Assembly: GCA_051313645.2 (NCBI GenBank)
Contig: JBNRSN020000089.1
Coordinates: forward strand, 1,488,001 to 1,552,000
Direction: 5' to 3'
Origin: Centroscyllium fabricii
Taxonomy: Eukaryota
DNA length: 64,000 bases
The notes beneath the pieces are model-generated. The model was not told where the DNA came from. It made no database searches and saw only the letters and a program-made list of their open reading frames with translations. Both the position numbers and the translations under genes were made by a program. Of this stretch, positions 47,501 to 60,387 are shown in pieces (position 1 is the stretch's first letter; the number at the start of each line of letters is the position of its first letter).

Positions 47501-50500
47501 CTAATGATCAGAAACTGGCAGTACCCAGTCTAATGATCAGAAACTGGCAGTACCCAGGCTAATGATCAGAAACTGGCAGTACCCAGTCTAATGATCAGAA
47601 ACTGGCGGTACCCAGGCTAATGATCAGAAACTGGCAGTACCCAGGCTAATTATCAGAAACTGGCAGTACCCAGTCTAATGATCAGAAACTGGCAGTACCC
47701 AGGCTAATGATCAGAAACTGGCAGTACCCAGGCTAATGATCAGAAACTGGCAGTACCCAGTCTAATGATCAGAAACTGGCAGTACCCAGGCTAATGATCA
47801 GAAACTGGCAGTACCCAGTCTAATGATCAGAAACTGGCAGTACCCAGGCTAATGATCAGAAACTGGCAGTACCCAGTCTAATGATCAGAAACTGGCAGTA
47901 CCCAGTCTAATGATCAGAAACTGGCAGTACCCAGGCTAATGATCAGAAACTGGCAGTACCCAGTCTAATGATCAGAAACTGGCAGTACCCAGTCTAATGA
48001 TCAGAAACTGGCAGTGCCCAGGCTAATGATCAGAAACTGGCAGTGCCCAGGCTAATGATCAGAAACTGGCAGTGCCCAGGCTAATGATCAGAAACTGGCA
48101 GTACCCAGGCTAATTATCAGAAACTGGCAGTACCCAGGCTAATGTTCAGAAACTGGCAGTACCCAGTCTAATGATCAGAAACTGGCAGTACCCAGGCTAA
48201 TGTTCAGAAACTGGCAGTACCCAGTCTAATGATCAGAAACTGGCAGTACCCAGGCTAATGATCAGAAACTGGCAGTACCCAGTCTAATGATCAGAAACTG
48301 GCAGTGCCCAGGCTAATCAGAAACTGGCAGTACCCAGGCTAATGATCAGAAACTGGCAGTACCCAGGCTAATGATCAGAAACTGGCAGTACCCAGTCTAA
48401 TGATCGGAAACTGGCAGTACCCAGGCTAATGATCAGAAACTGGCAGTACCCAGTCTAATGATCAGAAACTGGCAGTACCCAGGCTAATGATCAGAAACTG
48501 GCAGTACCCAGTCTAATGATCAGAAACTGGCAGTACCCAGTCTAATGATCAGAAACTGGCAGTACCCAGGCTAATGATCAGAAACTGGCAGTACCCAGTC
48601 TAATGATCAGAAACTGGCAGTACCCAGGCTAATGATCGGAAACTGGCAGTACCCAGTCTAATGATCAGAAACTGGCAGTACCCAGGCTAATGATCAGAAA
48701 CTGGCAGTACCCAGTCTAATGATCAGAAACTGGCAGTACCCAGTCTAATGATCAGAAACTGGCAGTACCCAGTCTAATGATCAGAAACTGGCAGTACCCA
48801 GGCTAATGATCAGAAACTGGCAGTACCCAGTCTAATGATCAGAAACTGGCAGTACCCAGGCTAATGATCAGAAACTGGCAGTACCCAGTCTAATGATCAG
48901 AAACTGGCAGTACCCAGTCTAATGATCAGAAACTGGCAGTACCCAGGCTAATGATCAGAAACTGGCAGTACCCAGTCTAATGATCAGAAACTGGCAGTAC
49001 CCAGGCTAATGATCAGAAACTGGCAGTACCCAGTCTAATGATCAGAAACTGGCAGTACCCAGGCTAATGATCAGAAACTGGCAGTACCCAGGCTAATGAT
49101 CAGAAACTGGCAGTACCCAGTCTAATGATCAGAAACTGGCAGTACCCAGGCTAATGATCAGAAACTGGCAGTACCCAGTCTAATGATCAGAAACTGGCAG
49201 TACCCAGGCTAATGATCAGAAACTGGCAGTACCCAGTCTAATGATCAGAAACTGGCAGTACCCAGTCTAATGATCAGAAACTGGCAGTACCCAGGCTAAT
49301 GATCAGAAACTGGCAGTACCCAGTCTAATGATCAGAAACTGGCAGTACCCAGTCTAATGATCAGAAACTGGCAGTACCCAGTCTAATGATCAGAAACTGG
49401 CAGTGCCCAGGCTAATGATCAGAAACTGGCAGTGCCCCAGCTAATGATCAGAAACTGGCAGTACCCAGGCTAATGATCAGAAACTGGCAGTACCCAGGCT
49501 AATGTTCAGAAACTGGCAGTACCAGTCTAATGATCAGAAACTGGCAGTACCCAGTCTAATGATCAGAAACTGGCAGTACCCAGTCTAATGATCAGAAACT
49601 GGCAGTACCCAGGCTAATGATCAGAAACTGGCAGTGCCCAGTCTAATGATCAGAAACTGGCAGTACCCAGGCTAATGATCAGAAACTGGCAGTACCCAGG
49701 CTAATGATCAGAAACTGGCAGTACCCAGTCTAATGATCAGAAACTGGCAGTACCCAGTCTAATGATCAGAAACTGGCAGTACCCAGGCTAATGATCAGAA
49801 ACTGGCAGTACCCAGTCTAATGATCAGAAACTGGCAGTACCCAGTCTAATGATCAGAAACTGGCAGTGCCCAGGCTAATGATCAGAAACTGGCAGTGCCC
49901 AGGCTAATGATCAGAAACTGGCAGTGCCCAGGCTAATGATCAGAAACTGGCAGTACCCAGGCTAATGATCAGAAACTGGCAGTACCCAGGCTAATGTTCA
50001 GAAACTGGCAGTACCCAGTCTAATGATCAGAAACTGGCAGTGCCCAGGCTAATGATCAGAAACTGGCAGTGCCCCAGCTAATGATCAGAAACTGGCAGTA
50101 CCCAGGCTAATGATCAGAAACTGGCAGTACCCAGGCTAATGTTCAGAAACTGGCAGTACCCAGTCTAATGATCAGAAACTGGCAGTACCCAGTCTAATGA
50201 TCAGAAACTGGCAGTACCCAGTCTAATGATCAGAAACTGGCAGTACCCAGGCTAATGATCAGAAACTGGCAGTACCCAGTCTAATGATCAGAAACTGGCA
50301 GTACCCAGGCTAATGATCAGAAACTGGCAGTACCCAGTCTAATGATCAGAAACTGGCAGTACCCAGGCTAATGATCAGAAACTGGCAGTACCCAGGCTAA
50401 TGATCAGAAACTGGCAGTACCCAGTCTAATGATCAGAAACTGGCAGTACCCAGGCTAATGATCAGAAACTGGCAGTACCCAGTCTAATGATCAGAAACTG

Positions 50501-53500
50501 GCAGTACCCAGGCTAATGATCAGAAACTGGCAGTACCCAGTCTAATGATCAGAAACTGGCAGTACCCAGTCTAATGATCAGAAACTGGCAGTACCCAGGC
50601 TAATGATCAGAAACTGGCAGTACCCAGTCTAATGATCAGAAACTGGCAGTACCCAGGCTAATGATCGGAAACTGACAGTACCCAGTCTAATGATCAGAAA
50701 CTGGCAGTACCCAGGCTAATGATCAGAAACTGGCAGTACCCAGCCTAATGATCAGAAACTGGCAGTACCCATTCTAATGATCAGAAACTGGCAGTACCCA
50801 GTCTAATGATCAGAAACTGGCAGTACCCAGGCTAATGATCAGAAACTGGCAGTACACAGTCTAATGATCAGAAACTGGCGGTACCCAGGCTAATGATCAG
50901 AAACTGGCAGTACCCAGGCTAATGATCAGAAACTGGCAGTACCCAGTCTAATGATCAGAAACTGGCAGTACCCAGGCTAATGATCAGAAACTGGCAGTAC
51001 CCAGGCTAATGATCAGAAACTGGCAGTACCCAGTCTAATGATCAGAAACTGGCAGTACCCAGGCTAATGATCAGAAACTGGCAGTACCCAGTCTAATGAT
51101 CAGAAACTGGCAGTACCCAGGCTAATGATCAGAAACTGGCAGTACCCAGGCTAATGATCAGAAACTGGCAGTACCCAGTCTAATGATCAGAAACTGGCAG
51201 TACCCAGGCTAATGATCAGAAACTGGCAGTACCCAGGCTAATGTTCAGAAACTGGCAGTACCCAGTCTAATGATCAGAAACTGGCAGTACCCAGGCTAAT
51301 GTTCAGAAACTGGCAGTACCCAGTCTAATGATCAGAAACTGGCAGTACCCAGTCTAATGATCAGAAACTGGCAGTACCCAGGCTAATGATCAGAAACTGG
51401 CAGTACCCAGTCTAATGATCAGAAACTGGCAGTACCCAGGCTAATGATCAGAAACTGGCAGTACCCAGTCTAATGATCAGAAACTGGCAGTACCCAGTCT
51501 AATGATCAGAAACTGGCAGTACCCAGGCTAATGATCAGAAACTGGCAGTACCCAGTCTAATGATCAGAAACTGGCAGTACCCAGGCTAATGATCAGAAAC
51601 TGGCAGTACCCAGTCTAATGATCAGAAACTGGCAGTACCCAGGCTAATGATCAGAAACTGGCAGTACCCAGGCTAATGATCAGAAACTGGCAGTACCCAG
51701 TCTAATGATCAGAAACTGGCAGTACCCAGGCTAATGATCAGAAACTGGCAGTACCCAGTCTAATGATCAGAAACTGGCAGTACCCAGGCTAATGATCAGA
51801 AACTGGCAGTACCCAGTCTAATGATCAGAAACTGGCAGTACCCAGTCTAATGATCAGAAACTGGCAGTACCCAGGCTAATGATCAGAAACTGGCAGTACC
51901 CAGTCTAATGATCAGAAACTGGCAGTACCAAGGCTAATGATCGGAAACTGACAGTACCCAGTCTAATGATCAGAAACTGGCAGTACCCAGGCTAATGATC
52001 AGAAACTGGCAGTACCCAGCCTAATGATCAGAAACTGGCAGTACCCAGTCTAATGATCAGAAACTGGCAGTACCCAGTCTAATGATCAGAAACTGGCAGT
52101 ACCCAGGCTAATGATCAGAAACTGGCAGTACCCAGTCTAATGATCAGAAACTGGCGGTACCCAGGCTAATGATCAGAAACGTACCCAGGGCTAATTATCA
52201 GAAACTGGCAGTACCCAGTCTAATGATCAGAAACTGGCAGTACCCAGGCTAATGATCAGAAAACTGGCAGTACCCAGGCTAATGATCAGAAAACTGGCAG
52301 TACCCAGTCTAATGATCAGAAACTGGCAGTACCCAGGCTAATGATCAGAAACTGGCAGTACCCAGTCTAATGATCAGAAACTGGCAGTACCCAGGCTAAT
52401 GATCAGAAACTGGCAGTACCCAGTCTAATGATCAGAAACTGGCAGTACCCAGTCTAATGATCAGAAACTGGCAGTACCCAGGCTAATGATCAGAAACTGG
52501 CAGTACCCAGTCTAATGATCAGAAACTGGCAGTACCCAGGCTAATGATCAGAAACTGGCAGTGCCCAGGCTAATGATCAGAAACTGGCAGTGCCCAGGCT
52601 AATGATCAGAAACTGGCAGTACCCAGGCTAATGATCAGAAAACTGGCAGTACCCAGGCCTAATGATCAGAAACTGGCCGTACCCAGGCTAATGTTCAGAA
52701 ACTGGCAGTACCCAGTCTAATGATCAGAAACTGGCAGTACCCAGGCTAATGATCAGAAACTGGCAGTACCCAGTCTAATGATCAGAAACTGGCAGTACCC
52801 AGGCTAATGATCAGAAACTGGCAGTACCCAGTCTAATGATCAGAAACAGGCATTGCCCAGGCTAATCAGAAACTGGCAGTACCCAGGCTAATGATCAGAA
52901 ACTGGCAGTACCCAGGCTAATGATCAGAAACTGGCAGTACCCAGTCTAATGATCGAAAACTGGCAGTACCCAGGCTAATGATCAGAAACTGGCAGTACCC
53001 AGTCTAATGATCAGAAACTGGCAGTACCCAGGCTAATGATCAGAACTGGCAGTACCCAGTCTAATGATCAGAAACTGGCAGTACCCAGTCTAATGATCAG
53101 AAACTGGCAGTACCCAGGCTAATGATCAGAAACTGGCAGTACCCAGTCTAATGATCAGAAACTGGCAGTACCCAGGCTAATGATCAGAAACTGGCAGTAC
53201 CCAGTCTAATGATCAGAAACTGGCAGTACCCAGTCTAATGATTCAGAAAACTGGCAGTACCCAGTCTAATGATCAGAAACTGGCAGTACCCAGTCTAATG
53301 ATCAGAAACTGGCAGTACCCAGTCTAATGATCAGAAACTGGCAGTACCCAGGCTAATGATCAGAAAACTGGCAGTACCCAGTCTAATGATCAGAAACTGG
53401 CAGTACCCAGGCTAATGATCAGAAACTGGCAGTACCCAGTCTAATGATCAGAAAACTGGCAGTACCCAGTCTAATGATCAGAAACTGGCAGTGCCCAGGC

Positions 53501-56500
53501 TAATGATCAGAAACTGGCAGTACCCAGTCTAATGATCAGAAACTGGCAGTACCCAGGCTAATGATCAGAAACTGGCAGTACCCAGTCTAATGATCAGAAA
53601 CTGGCAGTACCCAGGCTAATGATCAGAAACTGGCAGTACCAGGCTAATGATCAGAAACTGGCAGTACCCAGTCTAATGATCAGAAACTGGCAGTACCCAG
53701 GCTAATGATCAGAAACTGGCAGTACCCAGTCTAATGATCAGAAACTGGCAGTACCCAGGCTAATGATCAGAAACTGGCAGTACCCAGTCTAATGATCAGA
53801 AACTGGCAGTACCCAGTCTAATGATCAGAAACTGGGCAGTACCCAGGCTAATGATCAGAAACTGGCAGTACCCAGTCTAATGATCAGAAACTGGCAGTAC
53901 CCAGTCTAATGATCAGAAACTGGCAGTACCCAGTCTAATGATCAGAAACTGGCAGTGCCCAGGCTAATGATCAGAAAACTGGCAGTGCCCAGCTAATGAT
54001 CAGAAACTGGCAGTACCCAGGCTAATGATCAGAAACTGGCAGTACCCAGGCTAATGTTCAGAAACTGGCAGTACCCAGTCTAATGATCAGAAACTGGCAG
54101 TACCCAGTCTAATGATCAGAAAACTGGCAGTACCCAGTCTAATGATCAGAAACTGGCAGTACCCAGGCTAATGATCAGAAACTGGCAGTACCCAGTCTAA
54201 TGATCAGAAACTGGCAGTACCCAGGCTAATGATCAGAAACTGGCAGTACCCAGGCTAATGATCAGAAACTGGCAGTACCCAGTCTAATGATCAGAAACTG
54301 GCAGTACCCAGTCTAATGATCAGAAACTGGCAGTACCCAGGCTAATGATCAGAAACTGGCAGTACCCAGTCTAATGATCAGAAAACTGGCAGTACCCAGT
54401 CTAATGATCAGAAACTGGCAGTGCCCAGGCTAATGATCAGAAACTGGCAGTGCCCAGGCTAATGATCAGAAACTGGCAGTGCCCAGGCTAATGATCAGAA
54501 ACTGGCAGTACCCAGGCTAATGATCAGAAACTGGCAGTACCCAGGCTAATGTTCAGAAACTGGCAGTACCCAGTCTAATGATCAGAAACTGGCAGTACCC
54601 AGGCTAATGTTCAGAAACTGGCAGTACCCAGTCTAATGATCAGAAACTGGCAGTACCCAGGCTAATGATCAGAAACTGGCAGTACCCAGTCTAATGATCA
54701 GAAACTGGCAGTGCCCAGGCTAATCAGAAACTGGCAGTACCCAGGCTAATGATCAGAAACTGGCAGTACCCAGGCTAATGATCAGAAACTGGCAGTACCC
54801 AGTCTAATGATCGGAAACTGGCAGTACCCAGGCTAATGATCAGAAACTGGCAGTACCCAGTCTAATGATCAGAAAACTGGCAGTACCCAGGCTAATGATC
54901 AGAAACTGGCAGTACCCAGTCTAATGATCAGAAACTGGCAGTACCCAGTCTAATGATCAGAAAACTGGCAGTACCCAGGCTAATGATCAGAAACTGGCAG
55001 TACCCAGTCTAATGATCAGAAACTGGCAGTACCCAGGCTAATGATCGGAAACTGGCAGTACCCAGTCTAATGATCAGAAACTGGCAGTACCCAGGCTAAT
55101 GATCAGAAACTGGCAGTACCCAGTCTAATGATCAGAAACTGGCAGTACCCAGTCTAATGATCAGAAACTGGCAGTACCCAGTCTAATGATCAGAAACTGG
55201 CAGTACCCAGGCTAATGATCAGAAACTGGCAGTACCCAGTCTAATGATCAGAAACTGGCAGTACCCAGGCTAATGATCAGAAAACTGGCAGTACCCAGTC
55301 TAATGATCAGAAACTGGCAGTACCCAGGCTAATGATCAGAAACTGGCAGTACCCAGTCTAATGATCAGAAACTGGCAGTACCCAGGCTAATGATCAGAAA
55401 CTGGCAGTACCCAGGCTAATGATCAGAAACTGGCAGTACCCAGTCTAATGATCAGAAACTGGCAGTACCCAGGCTAATGATCAGAAACTGGCAGTACCCA
55501 GTCTAATGATCAGAAACTGGCAGTACCCAGGCTAATGATCAGAAACTGGCAGTACCCAGTCTAATGATCAGAAACTGGCAGTACCCAGTCTAATGATCAG
55601 AAACTGGCAGTACCCAGGCTAATGATCAGAAACTGGCAGTACCCAGTCTAATGATCAGAAACTGGCAGTACCCAGTCTAATGATCAGAAACTGGCAGTAC
55701 CCAGTCTAATGATCAGAAACTGGCAGTGCCCAGGCTAATGATCAGAAACTGGCAGTGCCCCAGCTAATGATCAGAAACTGGCAGTACCCAGGCTAATGAT
55801 CAGAAAACTGGCAGTACCCAGGCTAATGTTCAGAAACTGGCAGTACCCAGTCTAATGATCAGAAACTGGCAGTACCCAGTCTAATGATCAGAAAACTGGC
55901 AGTACCCAGTCTAATGATCAGAAACTGGCAGTACCCAGGCTAATGATCAGAAACTGGCAGTACCCAGTCTAATGATCAGAAACTGGCAGTACCCAGTCTA
56001 ATGATCAGAAACTGGCAGTACCCAGGCTAATGATCAGAAACTGGCAGTACCCAGTCTAATGATCAGAAACTGGCAGTACCCAGGCTAATGATCGGAAAAC
56101 TGGCAGTACCCAGTCTAATGATCAGAAACTGGCAGTACCCAGTCTAATGATCAGAAACTGGCAGTACCCAGCTAATGATCAGAAACTGGCAGTACCCAGT
56201 CTAATGATCAGAAACTGGCAGTACCCAGTCTAATGATCAGAAACTGGCAGTACCCAGGCTAATGATCAGAAACTGGCAGTACCCAGTCTAATGATCAGAA
56301 ACTGGCGGTACCCAGGCTAATGATCAGAAACTCGCAGTACCCAGGCTAATGATCAGAAACTGGCAGTACCCAGTCTAATGATCAGAAACTGGCAGTACCC
56401 AGGCTAATGATCAGAAAACTGGCAGTACCCAGGCTAATGATCAGAAACTGGCAGTACCCAGTCTAATGATCAGAAACTGGCAGTACCCAGGCTAATGATC

Positions 56501-58222
56501 AGAAACTGGCAGTACCCAGTCTAATGATCAGAAACTGGCAGTACCCAGGCTAATGATCAGAAAACTGGCAGTACCCAGTCTAATGATCAGAAACTGGCAG
56601 TACCCAGTCTAATGATCAGAAACTGGCAGTACCCAGGCTAATGATCAGAAACTGGCAGTACCCCAGTCCTAATGATCAGAAACTGGCAGTACCCAGTCTA
56701 ATGATCAGAAACTGGCAGTGCCCAGGCTAATGATCAGAAACTGGCAGTGCCCAGGCTAATGATCAGAAACTGGCAGTGCCCAGGCTAATGATCAGAAACT
56801 GGCAGTACCCAGGCTAATGATCAGAAACTGGCAGTACCCAGGCTAATGTTCAGAAACTGGCAGTACCCAGTCTAATGATCAGAAACTGGCAGTACCCAGG
56901 CTAATGATCAGAAACTGGCAGTACCCAGTCTAATGATCAGAAACTGGCAGTGCCCAGGCTAATCAGAAACTGGCAGTACCCAGGCTAATGATCAGAAACT
57001 GGCAGTACCCAGGCTAATGATCAGAAACTGGCAGTACCCAGTCTAATGATCGGAAACTGGCAGTACCCAGGCTAATGATCAGAAACTGGCAGTACCCAGT
57101 CTAATGATCAGAAACTGGCAGTACCCAGGCTAATGATCAGAAACTGGCAGTACCCAGTCTAATGATCAGAAACTGGCAGTACCCAGTCTAATGATCAGAA
57201 ACTGGCAGTACCCAGGCTAATGATCAGAAACTGGCAGTACCCAGTCTAATGATCAGAAACTGGCAGTACCCAGGCTAATGATCAGAAACTGGCAGTACCC
57301 AGGTCTAATGATCAGAAACTGGCAGTACCCAGGCTAATGATCAGAAACTGGCAGTACCCAGTCTAATGATCAGAAACTGGCAGTACCCAGTCTAATGATC
57401 AGAAACTGGCAGTACCCAGTCTAATGATCAGAAACTGGCAGTACCCAGGCTAATGATCAGAAACTGGCAGTACCCAGTCTAATGATCAGAAACTGGCAGT
57501 ACCCAGGCTAATGATCAGAAACTGGCAGTACCCAGTCTAATGATCAGAAACTGGCAGTACCCAGTCTAATGATCAGAAACTGGCAGTACCCAGGCTAATG
57601 ATCAGAAACTGGCAGTACCCAGTCTAATGATCAGAAACTGGCAGTACCCAGGCTAATGATCAGAAACTGGCAGTACCCAGTCTAATGATCAGAAACTGGC
57701 AGTACCCAGGCTAATGATCAGAAACTGGCAGTACCCAGGCTAATGATCAGAACTGGCAGTACCCAGGTCTAATGATCAGAAACTGGCAGTACCCAGGCTA
57801 ATGATCAGAAACTGGCAGTACCCAGTCTAATGATCAGAAACTGGCAGTACCCAGGCTAATGATCAGAAACTGGCAGTACCCAGTCTAATGATCAGAAACT
57901 GGCAGTACCCAGTCTAATGATCAGAAACTGGCAGTACCCAGGCTAATGATCAGAAACTGGCAGTACCCAGTCTAATGATCAGAAACTGGCAGTACCCAGT
58001 CTAATGATCAGAAACTGGCAGTACCCAGTCTAATGATCAGAAACTGGCAGTGCCCAGTCTAATGATCAGAAACTGGCAGTACCCAGGCTAATGATCAGAA
58101 ACTGGCAGTACCCAGGCTAATGATCAGAAACTGGCAGTACCCAGGCTAATGATCAGAAACTGGCAGTACCCAGGCTAATGATCAGAAACTGGCAGTACCC
58201 AGGCTAATGTTCAGAAACTGGC
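38570..58222. repeat. 29-bp tandem satellite, at least 19.6 kb (about 680 units), truncated by a gap
   Basis: Unit G(G/T)CTAATGATCAGAAACTGGCAGTACCCA. Period of 29 checked at 39361/39390. Stops occur in all six frames. Confidence 0.99.
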
Positions 58223-58422
58223 NNNNNNNNNNNNNNNNNNNNNNNNNNNNNNNNNNNNNNNNNNNNNNNNNNNNNNNNNNNNNNNNNNNNNNNNNNNNNN
58301 NNNNNNNNNNNNNNNNNNNNNNNNNNNNNNNNNNNNNNNNNNNNNNNNNNNNNNNNNNNNNNNNNNNNNNNNNNNNNNNNNNNNNNNNNNNNNNNNNNNN
58401 NNNNNNNNNNNNNNNNNNNNNN
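58223..58422. other. Assembly gap (200 N)
   Basis: Run of 200 N; the round length suggests a scaffolding placeholder of unknown true size. Confidence 0.99.
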
Positions 58423-60387
58423 GTGTTCTGAAATCCTAGTCGTTCAGGATACAGCAAAGGAAGACAAAGGGATTAATCAGGAGGGGGAAGATAGATTATG
58501 AATGTAAGCTTGCGGCAAACATAAAAACTGACTGCAAAAGCTTTTATAGGTACATCAAGAGGAAAAGATTGGTAAAATCCCAAGTCGGTCCCTTGCAATC
58601 CGATTCAGGGGAATATATATTGGGGAATAAAGAAATGGCAGACCAACTAAATTCATATTTTGGTTCTGTCTTCACAAAGGAGGATACAAGCAACCTCCCA
58701 GGGATAGCAGCGAACATAGGGTCTAATGCAAGGGAGGAGCTGACAGATATCAGTATTTCAAGGGAGATGGCTTTGGGGAAGTTGAAGGGATTGAAGGCCG
58801 ACAAATCCCCAGGGCCTGATAATCTACATCCTAGGGTACTTAAGGAGGTGGCCCTGGAAATAGCGGGTGCTTTAAGGATCATTTTCCAGAACTCGATAGA
58901 CTCTGGATCGGTACCCACGGATTGGAGGGTGGCTAGTGTTACCCCACTATTTAAAAAGGGGGGCAGAGAGAAAGCAGGGAATTATAGACCAGTAAGCCTT
59001 ACATCAGTAGTGGGCAAAATGCTCGAGTCCATTATCAAGGATGTAATCTCGGAGCATTTGACAATTAGGGATGAGATCGGACAGAGTCAACATGGATTTA
59101 CAAAAGGTAAATCGTGTTTAACTAATCTATTGGAATTCTTTGAGGAAGTAACTCAGAAAATAGATGGGGGAGAGCCAGTAGATGTGGTGTACCTTGACTT
59201 CCAGAAAGGCTTCGATAAGGTTCCACATAAAAGATTAGCATGTAAAATTAAGGCTCATGGGATTGGGGGCAAAGTTTTGATGTGGATAGAGAACTGGTTG
59301 GCAGATAGAAAACAGAGAGTTGGAATTAACGGCTCATTTTCTGAGTGGCAGCCGGTGACTAGTGGGGTACCGCAGGGGTCTGTCCTGGGACCCCAGCTGT
59401 TTACAATATATATTAATGATCTGGATCAGGGAATTGAATGTAATATCTCCAAATTCTCGGATGACACCAAACTAGGAGGCGGGGCGGGCTCTGAAGAGGG
59501 TGTCAGGAAGTTACAGGGCGATTTGGATAAGTTGGGGGACTGGGCAGATAGATGGCAGATGCACTATAATGTGGATAAATGTGAGGTTATCCACTTTGGG
59601 GGCAAAAACAGGAGGGTAGATTATTACTTAAATGGCAATAGATTGGGAGATGGGGAGGTGCAGAGAGACCTGGGTGTTCTTGTGCACCAGTCGCTGAAGG
59701 CGAGCACGCAGGTGCAGCAGGCGGTTAGGAAGGCAAATGGTGTGTTGGCCTTCATATCAAGAGGGTTCGAGTATAGGAATAAGGATACCTTACTACAGCT
59801 GTACAAGGCACTGGTGAGACCACACCTCGAGTATTGTGTACAGTTCTGGTCGCCTCGCCTGAGGAAGGATGTTCTTGACATGGAGGGAGTGCAGCGGCGT
59901 TTCACCAGGCTGATTCCTGGAATGGCAGGAATGACCTACGAGGAGAGATTATGTAGTCTGGGCTTGTACTCGTTGGAGTTTAGAAGATTGAGAGGCGATC
60001 TCATTGAGACGTATAAAATTCTGAAAGGTCTGGACAGGTTAGATTCAGAGAGAATGTTTCCAATGGCGGGGGAGTCCAGAACCAGGGGCCACAGTCTAAG
60101 GATAAGGGGTAAGCCATTTAGGACAGACATGAGGAAGAATTTCTTCACTCAGAGAGTGGTGGGCCTGTGGAATTCCTTGCCACAGAGGGCGGTGGAGGCC
60201 AGTTCATTAAACATATTCAAGAGGGAATTGGATATATTTCTTCAAGCTAAAGGGATTAAAGGTTACAGACTAAAGGCGGGGACGGGGTACTAGCTTGCTA
60301 AAGATCAGCCATGATCTCATTGAATAGCGGAGCAGGCTCGAAGGGCTGAATGGCCTACTCCTGCTCCTATCTTCTATGATTCTATGA
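58423..60387 (+). mobile_element. CR1 LINE with an uninterrupted 574-aa ORF2 portion; 5' end lost in the gap
   Basis: ORF 58569..60293 has the full RT motif set (KFSDDTK). Tail CTTCTATGATTCTATGA. Closely similar to the CR1 at 19650. Confidence 0.95.

Noticed and set aside
38570-58222. CRISPR-like array (29-bp repeats next to RT/integrase genes)
   Set aside because: Units are head-to-tail with no unique spacers, there are no cas-like ORFs, and the context is eukaryotic. It is a satellite.
38570-58222. Satellite as an autoregulatory array of CUX1 binding sites
   Set aside because: The unit contains TGATCA/TAATGA but not the ATCRAT core bound by CUX1 cut repeats, so there is no support.
58182-58457. 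ORFs spanning the N run
   Set aside because: Artefacts of the assembly gap.
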